A DNA stretch of 63,893 nucleotides from Polymorphobacter sp. (lineage in GTDB: Bacteria > Pseudomonadota > Alphaproteobacteria > Sphingomonadales > Sphingomonadaceae): the NCBI GenBank assembly GCA_031422995.1, contig JANPEP010000008.1, positions 1 to 63,893 of the forward strand, read 5' to 3'. The number at the start of each line of letters is the position of its first letter. Positions within the stretch are counted from its first letter, which is position 1. Positions 57,427 to 63,893 of the stretch are shown here, one piece after another. Position numbers and translations under genes: made by a program. The notes beneath the pieces were generated by a model. That model made no database searches and was not told the origin of the DNA. It worked only from the letters and a program-made list of their open reading frames with translations.

Positions 57427-58047
57427 TCAGGCTGCAACAACGCTCCGGCGGCGCCGTGCCGCAACACCAACCAGGCCGAAACCAGCGATCAACATCGCCC
57501 ATGTCGCCGGCTCAGGCACAGCGTTCAAGGACACCGACACATTGTCGAGCGCAGGGCCCCAGGCACTATTTGCCGCACCACTGGTGAACATCAGCGTCGC
57601 CGCGCCATCATCGGCGGTGAAGGTGAAACCCTTGGGCGACCATGTCAGCGGATAACCCGCCTGCCCGACCTGGGTCAGGAAAGTCGTGTTATCGGCCGAT
57701 GCCGAAAAGTCCTTCAACGCCGGACCATTGTCGGGGTTGGCCGAAAGGTCGAAAGAAACCGTGTACGTGCGCCCGGCAATAGTCGCAAACGTCTGCGAAA
57801 CGCTGCCCGGCGCGCCGCCCGAAAGGTCAACACTGCGGCTGCCATTCGAAGCATTCCAATAGCTGCCGATGTAATCGACGCCGCCGCCGCCAACCGTCCA
57901 ACCAGCAATCGAAGTCGAATCACCAGCACTGACCGACGTGAACCCGCCAGGGCTGATGCCCACCTCAAAGCTGCCGTTGACGATCGTCGCGGCCTGGGCC
58001 GATCCCGCCAAAAGCATCGCAGCAGCGGTTGCAAACATCACACGCAC
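57427..58047 (-). CDS. PEPxxWA-CTERM sorted protein, paralog of 56584-57219
   Basis: GTG 58047 after GGAGA; AQAATIVNGSFE...GPALDNVS...VPEPATWAMLIAGFGLVG. Confidence 0.92.
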   Translation of the reverse strand: MRVMFATAAAMLLAGSAQAATIVNGSFEVGISPGGFTSVSAGDSTSIAGWTVGGGGVDYIGSYWNASNGSRSVDLSGGAPGSVSQTFATIAGRTYTVSFDLSANPDNGPALKDFSASADNTTFLTQVGQAGYPLTWSPKGFTFTADDGAATLMFTSGAANSAWGPALDNVSVSLNAVPEPATWAMLIAGFGLVGVAARRRRSVVAA

Positions 58048-58087
58048 GGGAATCTCCACAAAAAAACGTCGATCTATTAACTTCCAA

Positions 58088-58172
58088 GCAAGAATTATGC
58101 CAAACGCCTTACTCATTGAAATCATTCAAACAGCAAAATCCCTTGCCATCGAAACTGTAAAATCCACCGACA
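58088..58172 (-). promoter_or_regulatory. Sigma54 promoter plus TGT-N11-ACA enhancer
   Basis: Identical TGGCATAATTCTTGC (58088-58102); tgtaaaatccaccgaca (58156-58172); same spacing as first copy. Confidence 0.8.
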
Positions 58173-58195
58173 CTTTCGGTCAAAAATCCGGTCGC

Positions 58196-58903
58196 TCACT
58201 CCAGCTCGAATGCCATCGTCACATTGACCGTCAACGCCACTTCGCCCGGCGCCACCGGCGTCGATGCTTCCTTGTCCATCCGCGCCATCGACATCACCGG
58301 CCGCGGTCCCGGCTCGAACCCGGCACTTTCCGAAATCGTCACGATCCGCCGCACCCGCATCCCGGCCGCCCCGGCATAAAGTTCGGCCCGCGCCCGCGCC
58401 GTCTTCACGGCGGCAACCCGCGCTTCATCCAGCGCCGCATCGCTGTTCTCCACGCGGAAATTCGGCCCCGAAATCTGGTTTGCCCCCACACCGACCAGCG
58501 TATCCAGCAACTTGCCGGTCTGCTCGATCTTGCGAATGCGCAACGATACCATGTTGTTGGCCTGATACCCCGTCAGCACCGGCGACTGATTCTCCACATA
58601 ACGATATTGTGGCTGCAAACTCAGGCCCGTCGTCTGGATATCACGATCGGCAATCCCGGCCTTTTTCACCGCCGCCACCACGGCATTCATCCGCACCGCA
58701 TTCTCCGCCATCGCCGCGGTCGCCGTCGGCGCCGATGTCACCACCCCACCCGAAACCTCGGCAATATCCGGCGCCCGCGTCACCCGGCCTTCGGCAACCA
58801 CGGTCAACACCGTCGGCGCCGGCACTGGCACCGGTTGCGCAAACGCGCCATTTGCCGTCACCAACCCAAGTGCCGCTGCCATCAACGCGTTACGCTTCTT
58901 CAT
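58196..58903 (-). CDS. SIMPL/DUF541 periplasmic protein
   Basis: EGRV..APDIA, DIQT..LSLQPQY, GANQISGPNF, PGE. Confidence 0.9.
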   Translation of the reverse strand: MKKRNALMAAALGLVTANGAFAQPVPVPAPTVLTVVAEGRVTRAPDIAEVSGGVVTSAPTATAAMAENAVRMNAVVAAVKKAGIADRDIQTTGLSLQPQYRYVENQSPVLTGYQANNMVSLRIRKIEQTGKLLDTLVGVGANQISGPNFRVENSDAALDEARVAAVKTARARAELYAGAAGMRVRRIVTISESAGFEPGPRPVMSMARMDKEASTPVAPGEVALTVNVTMAFELE

Positions 58904-59027
58904 GAATTTCACCTTCATCCTGCAGCAAAATGCAACATCCCCGCCGGCCCCATCAACGAACGGGGCCAACGGGGATGCACGCTGGTTCGTTCATCCCCGC
59001 TTTCGCAAGGCTGAACAAAGCCCGGCC

Positions 59028-59288
59028 TCAGGCGCCGCGCTTGCTCTGGACAAGGCGGTACAGCCACAACAGCACGACAGCGCCCAGGATCGACATGATC
59101 CAGCCCGGCGCCGTCCCGTCCCGATACCAGCCAAACACCGAACTGCCGACAAACCGCGCCAGAAAGGCTCCGGCCACGCCGATCAGCATCGTCACCCAGA
59201 ACCCGCCGGGATCCTTGCCCGGCGACAGCCATTTGGCCAGCGCACCTACGATAACCCCGATAAGTCCCGTCCAGATCAAGCTCAACAT
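59028..59288 (-). CDS. GlsB/YeaQ/YmgE family (transglycosylase-associated) membrane protein
   Basis: GVIVGALAKWLSPGKDPGG, SILGAVVLLWLY. Confidence 0.9.
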   Translation of the reverse strand: MLSLIWTGLIGVIVGALAKWLSPGKDPGGFWVTMLIGVAGAFLARFVGSSVFGWYRDGTAPGWIMSILGAVVLLWLYRLVQSKRGA

Positions 59289-59513
59289 GCCGCATTCTCC
59301 CAGGCCGCAAATTGCAACCACACATGGTCGTGATACCAGACTGCCCTTCCATCTCGCCCATGGCAATCACCACTGAAATCAGCAGGCCCTGTGGCACTGT
59401 CACCGAGTCAGGCTCAAATTTTGCCTTCGCTCTGCCACACTCCTGCGCTATGAGGCAGTTGCAGGTAGTGGCGTATTCATGTAATACAGTCATCACCAAA
59501 GGACTGATAGAGC

Positions 59514-60692
59514 ATGAACATGCACAACAAGCTGCCAGATGCCGCGTCGGCAGACGTCTATGATTTCCAGGCTGATGCGAGCAGTGGCGCGCAACGGCGC
59601 TGGCTGAAACCGCTGTTGATCACGCTTGTCGTCGCGGCGGCGGCCTTTGGCTTGTGGAAGGTGTTCGGCCCCAAACCCGCCGTTGCCCCCGTCGTCGCCA
59701 CTGTCCCCGAAGTGACGGTCATCGTCCCGGGCACCACGCTGGTTGCAGATCAGGTCAACGCCCCCGGCTCGATCGCTGCCCGGCGTGATGTCGCCGTCGG
59801 TGTTCAGGGTGAAGGCGGCCGCGTGACTCAGGTCCTCGTCGATCCGGGCCAGATGGTTGGCAAGGGCCAGATCCTCGCCCGCATTGACAATGCCGTCCAG
59901 GTTCAGCAGTCGGCCCAGCTCGCCGCATCCGTCCGGTCCGCCCAGGCCGATGCACAGCTTGCCGAAAATGATCTCGGCCGGGCTCAGGCGCTGGTCTCTC
60001 GCGGATTTGTGTCCAAGGCGGACGTCGACAAGCGCATCGCCTCACGTGATGGCGCCCGCGCTCGGGTCGATGTCGCCCGTGCCCAGCTCGCTGAATCAAA
60101 CGCCCGACTCGAACGCCTCGATGTTCGCGCCCCCGCTGCCGGCCTTGTGCTGTCGCGCACCGTCGAAGTCGGCCAGGTCGTCTCACCCGGCACCGCGCTG
60201 TTCCGCCTCGCCGAAGGTGGCGTCCTCGAAATGCGCGCCCAGGTCGCGGAGCAGGATCTTGCCCGCCTGAAATCCGGCATGGCCGCCAGTGTTACGCCCA
60301 TTGGCTCAACCATCGAATATCGCGGCCGCATCTGGCTGCTCGATCCGGTCATCGATGCCGTCAGCCGTCAGGGCATCGCCCGCATCGCCGTGCCCTATTC
60401 GCCCGGGCTCCGCGTTGGCGCCTTTGCCAAAACCCGCATCGCCGCCGGTGAAGCAAGCAAGCCCGTCCTGCCGCAATCCGCCGTGCAGGTCGATGAAAAG
60501 GGCAATTATGTCCTCGTCGTCGGTGCGGGCAACAAGGTCGAACGCCGCGCCATCGCCATCGGCAGCGTCGGTGATCAGGGTGTCAGCATCGCGTCCGGTC
60601 TGAATGGCACCGAAAAAGTTGTCGCCAGCGCCGGCGCCTTCCTGCGGGCTGGCGAAAAAATAAACCCCGTCACTGCCAAAACGGCCGGTTAA
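59514..60692 (+). CDS. RND efflux periplasmic adaptor subunit
   Basis: N-terminal TM, V.KGQILARID, VRAPAAG, LPQSAV. Confidence 0.92.
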   Translation: MNMHNKLPDAASADVYDFQADASSGAQRRWLKPLLITLVVAAAAFGLWKVFGPKPAVAPVVATVPEVTVIVPGTTLVADQVNAPGSIAARRDVAVGVQGEGGRVTQVLVDPGQMVGKGQILARIDNAVQVQQSAQLAASVRSAQADAQLAENDLGRAQALVSRGFVSKADVDKRIASRDGARARVDVARAQLAESNARLERLDVRAPAAGLVLSRTVEVGQVVSPGTALFRLAEGGVLEMRAQVAEQDLARLKSGMAASVTPIGSTIEYRGRIWLLDPVIDAVSRQGIARIAVPYSPGLRVGAFAKTRIAAGEASKPVLPQSAVQVDEKGNYVLVVGAGNKVERRAIAIGSVGDQGVSIASGLNGTEKVVASAGAFLRAGEKINPVTAKTAG

Positions 60693-60701
60693 GGCACCCC
60701 C

Positions 60702-63700
60702 ATGCGCAACATTTCCAGCTGGTCGATCAAAAATCCGGTCCCGCCGATCGTGCTCTTCGCCATGCTCACGCTGGCCGGCATCGTCAGCTTCATGTCGATG
60801 GACATCAACGACAATCCGGACATCGATTTCCCCGCGGCGCAAGTCATCGTCAACCAACCCGGCGCCGCCCCGGCCGAAATGGAAACGCAAGTCACCCAGC
60901 GCGTCGAAGCCGCTGTCCGTGGCATCAGCGGCGTCGATGAAATCACCTCCTATGTTTCCGAAGGCCAATCACGCACCAGCGTGCAATTCGCCATCGGCAC
61001 GCCCGTCGATCGCGGCGTCAACGATGTCCGCGACGCCATCGCCAACATCCGCAGCGACTTGCCGCAAGGCATCCTCCAGCCCCAGGTCCAGCGCATGGAC
61101 ATCTCGGGTGGCCCCATTGCCTATATCTCGGTCGAAGCCGTCGACATGACGCTCGAAGAACTCAGCTGGTTCGTCGACAACACCGTCGCCAAGCGGCTGC
61201 TTGCCATCCCCGGCATGGCCCAGGTCCGGCGCGGTGGCGGCGTCAACCGCGAAATCCGCGTCATCCTCGATCCGTCGCGCATGCAGGCCTATGGTCTCAC
61301 CGCTTCGCAGGTCAACGATCAACTCCGCCTCGTCAACATGAACGCCGCCGGCGGCCGCACCGAAATCGCCGGCTCCGAACAATCGGTCCGCGTGCTTGGC
61401 AACGCTGCCGATGCCCGCCGCCTCGGCGAAACCCAGATCTCCGTCAGCGGCGGCCGTACCATCCGCCTCGACGACATCGCCACCGTGCGTGACAGCTTCG
61501 CCGAACAACGCTCCATCTCCAAAATGGACGGCCGCCAGGTCCTCAGCTTTTCGCTCACCAAGTCCAAGGGCTCGTCCGACGTAACCGTCTATGAGGAAGC
61601 CCAGAAAGTCATCGAGAAGCTCAAGCTGGAAAACCCGCGCGTCAAGTTCACTCAGCTGTTCACGTCGGTCGAATACACCAAGCAGCAATATCATTCCGCC
61701 ATCGCCGCGATGATCGAAGGCGCGCTGCTCGCCGTCATCGTCGTCTTCGTCTTCCTGCGGGATTGGCGCGCCACCCTCATCTCCGCAGTCGCCATCCCGC
61801 TGTCGGCAATCCCGGCGTTCTGGTTCCTCGATCTGATGGGCTTCTCGCTCAACGTCCTCAGCTTGCTGGCACTCAGCCTCGTCGCCGGCGTGCTTGTCGA
61901 TGATGCCATCGTCGAAATCGAAAACATCGTCCGCCACATGCGCATGGGCAAATCCGCCTATCAGGCCTCGATGGACGCTGCCGACGAGATCGGCCTCGCC
62001 GTCGTCGCCACCACCATGGCCATCGTCGCCGTCTTCCTCCCCGTCGGCCTGATGCCCGGCATCTCGGGGCAATTTTTCAAGAACTTCGGCTTCACCGTCG
62101 TCGTCTCGGTCCTGCTCAGCCTCGCCGTGGCGCGCATGATCACGCCGATGCTCGCCGCCTTCTTCCTCAAATCCCATGGCCAGGCCGAACATGGCGAAGG
62201 CGCCTGGGTGAAATGGTACATGAACATCCTGCGCTGGTGCCTGCGCAACCGCTGGAAAACCGTCGCGCTCGGCGGCGTTGCACTCGTCGCCACCGTGGCC
62301 AGCTTCGCCACCCTGCCGGTCACCTTCCAGCCGCCGCAGAACACCGATTTCAGCCAGGTCACCATCGCCCTTCCGCCTGGCTCGACTCTGGCGCAAACCG
62401 TCGCTGTCTCGGACAAAGCTGCGGCCATCCTGCACACGTCGCCAGTTGTCGAACGCGTCTTTTCCGATAGCGATATCGGCCGCGGCGAAATCTTCATGAC
62501 GCTGAAAAAGGACCGCAAGGTCACCAGCGTCGAATTCGAACGCGACATGGCGCCAAGGCTCCAGGCTATCCCCGATGCGCGCGTCAACTTCCAATCGCAA
62601 AGCGGCGGTTTCAATGGCCGCGATCTCTCGGTCGTCCTCGCCGGCAGCGATCCCGTGCTGCTCGAATCCTCGGCATTGAAGGTCGTTGACGAACTGCGCG
62701 GCCTCAAGGAAGTCCGTCAGCCACGCATCGAAGGCGATGTCCGCCGCCCGGAAATCACCGTCACGCCGCGGTTTGCAGTGGCCGCTGAAATGGGCGTCAC
62801 CACCGCTGCCCTGTCCGAAACCATCCGCATCGCCACGCTCGGCGACATCGATCAGAACGTCGCTAAATTCTCGCTCTCCGATCGCCAGATCCCCATCCGC
62901 GTCGCTCTCGCCGAAGATTCGCGGCGCAGCATCGCAACGCTCGAAAACTTGCCAGTGCCGACAATGAATGGCGGATCGGTGCCATTGAAGGTCGTCGCCG
63001 ACATCAGCTTCGGCGCCGGCGCCACCGAATTGCGCCGCTACAATCAACAGCGCCGTGTCATGATCGGTGCCGATCTCGCTCCTGGCCTCGTCTCCGGCGA
63101 TGCCCAGCCCAAGATTGATGCACTGCCCTCCATCAAGAACCTGCCCGCTGGCGTCGAAAAAATCACCCTTGGTCAGGACAAGTGGCAGGCCGAACTCTTC
63201 GTCAATTTCATCATCGCCGTCATCGCCGGCGTGCTGCTGGTGTTCGCCGTCCTCGTGCTGCTCTACAAACGGGTGCTACCGCCGTTCGTCAACATGGGCT
63301 CGCTGCTCCTCGCCCCACTGGGTGGCGGCATCGCGCTCCACCTCACCGGCACCGCCGTGTCGATGCCGGTCTTCATCGGGCTCCTGATGCTGCTCGGCAT
63401 CGTCGCCAAAAACTCCATCCTGCTCGTCGACATGGCCATCGAGGAAATGTCCAAGGGCGTCGAACGCACCGCCGCCATCCTCGAAGCGGGGCACAAGCGC
63501 GTGCAGCCGATCGTCATGACCACAATCGCCATGGTCGCCGGCATGCTGCCCATCGCGCTCTCGCTCGGCGGCGATGCCAGCTTCCGTGCCCCCATGGGCA
63601 TCGTCGTCATCGGCGGCCTCATCATGTCAACCGCCCTCACCCTCGTCATCGTGCCGGCCAGCTTCAGCCTCGCGGTCGGCGCCGAAGAATGGCTGGCCCC

Positions 63701-63785
63701 GCGCATGAAACGCTGGTTCACCAACAACGAAGACACTTCGGCAAAGCCCGGCGACCCCAGCCCGGCGCCACAACCGGCGGAGTGA
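60702..63785 (+). CDS. RND efflux permease (AcrB/AcrD/AcrF family)
   Basis: PGAAPAEMETQVT, GVLVDDAIVEIENI, KNSILLVD, PIVMTT. Confidence 0.95.
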   Translation: MRNISSWSIKNPVPPIVLFAMLTLAGIVSFMSMDINDNPDIDFPAAQVIVNQPGAAPAEMETQVTQRVEAAVRGISGVDEITSYVSEGQSRTSVQFAIGTPVDRGVNDVRDAIANIRSDLPQGILQPQVQRMDISGGPIAYISVEAVDMTLEELSWFVDNTVAKRLLAIPGMAQVRRGGGVNREIRVILDPSRMQAYGLTASQVNDQLRLVNMNAAGGRTEIAGSEQSVRVLGNAADARRLGETQISVSGGRTIRLDDIATVRDSFAEQRSISKMDGRQVLSFSLTKSKGSSDVTVYEEAQKVIEKLKLENPRVKFTQLFTSVEYTKQQYHSAIAAMIEGALLAVIVVFVFLRDWRATLISAVAIPLSAIPAFWFLDLMGFSLNVLSLLALSLVAGVLVDDAIVEIENIVRHMRMGKSAYQASMDAADEIGLAVVATTMAIVAVFLPVGLMPGISGQFFKNFGFTVVVSVLLSLAVARMITPMLAAFFLKSHGQAEHGEGAWVKWYMNILRWCLRNRWKTVALGGVALVATVASFATLPVTFQPPQNTDFSQVTIALPPGSTLAQTVAVSDKAAAILHTSPVVERVFSDSDIGRGEIFMTLKKDRKVTSVEFERDMAPRLQAIPDARVNFQSQSGGFNGRDLSVVLAGSDPVLLESSALKVVDELRGLKEVRQPRIEGDVRRPEITVTPRFAVAAEMGVTTAALSETIRIATLGDIDQNVAKFSLSDRQIPIRVALAEDSRRSIATLENLPVPTMNGGSVPLKVVADISFGAGATELRRYNQQRRVMIGADLAPGLVSGDAQPKIDALPSIKNLPAGVEKITLGQDKWQAELFVNFIIAVIAGVLLVFAVLVLLYKRVLPPFVNMGSLLLAPLGGGIALHLTGTAVSMPVFIGLLMLLGIVAKNSILLVDMAIEEMSKGVERTAAILEAGHKRVQPIVMTTIAMVAGMLPIALSLGGDASFRAPMGIVVIGGLIMSTALTLVIVPASFSLAVGAEEWLAPRMKRWFTNNEDTSAKPGDPSPAPQPAE

Positions 63786-63840
63786 GCCCGACCTGAAACT
63801 GCTCCGCCCTTTCGAGCTGCCGGCGACGCCTTTCCACCGG

Positions 63841-63893
63841 ATGCGGCTGGCGGCCACGCTGCTGCTGCTGGCGATGGCCTGTGTCTTCGCCGC
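63841..63893 (+). CDS. 5' end of probable DUF445-family membrane protein, runs off window
   Basis: MRLAATLLLLAMACVFA resembles the DUF445 N-terminal helix; could start at CTG 63793. Confidence 0.45.
   Translation, partial: MRLAATLLLLAMACVFA

Noticed and set aside
59473-59487. GTATT-N5-AATAC palindrome upstream of the RND operon
   Set aside because: Only 5-bp arms, single copy and no adjacent regulator; too weak to call
60969-63047. 692-aa ORF on minus strand
   Set aside because: Antisense shadow of the RND permease

Overview
High-GC alphaproteobacterial chromosome segment. Gene order and content (recG/sdhE/mfd, uvrC..pgsA-moaD-moaE, tonB-exbB-exbD-exbD, PEPxxWA-CTERM proteins) suggest Sphingomonadales; this is an inference. 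It holds about 55 protein genes, RNase P RNA (rnpB) and tRNA-Asn(GTT). No integrase, transposase, phage or CRISPR array was seen. Items that stand out: (1) a 684-aa orphan protein with four repeats each ending in a strict C-x3-C-x3-C-x3-C-x3-C stretch, behind an AT-rich region; (2) a small cassette between recG and sdhE: a DUF2946/CutF/CruR-like CxxC...PPP leader ORF followed by a 47-aa secreted CC-x5-CC-x5-CC peptide; (3) a ~110-130 nt structured repeat in five copies with compensatory base changes, always at a gene 3' end and always in the same orientation to that gene, plus a second REP/RIME-like hairpin family of about ten copies; (4) a probable ATC start codon for a Pho-box-preceded NUDIX-DUF47 fusion upstream of pit; (5) two tandem PEP-CTERM genes duplicated with their sigma54/enhancer cassette; (6) the known but functionally unresolved ATP-grasp/alpha-E/transglutaminase/Anbu operon. 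All family calls come from motif recognition by eye; no database searches were run.
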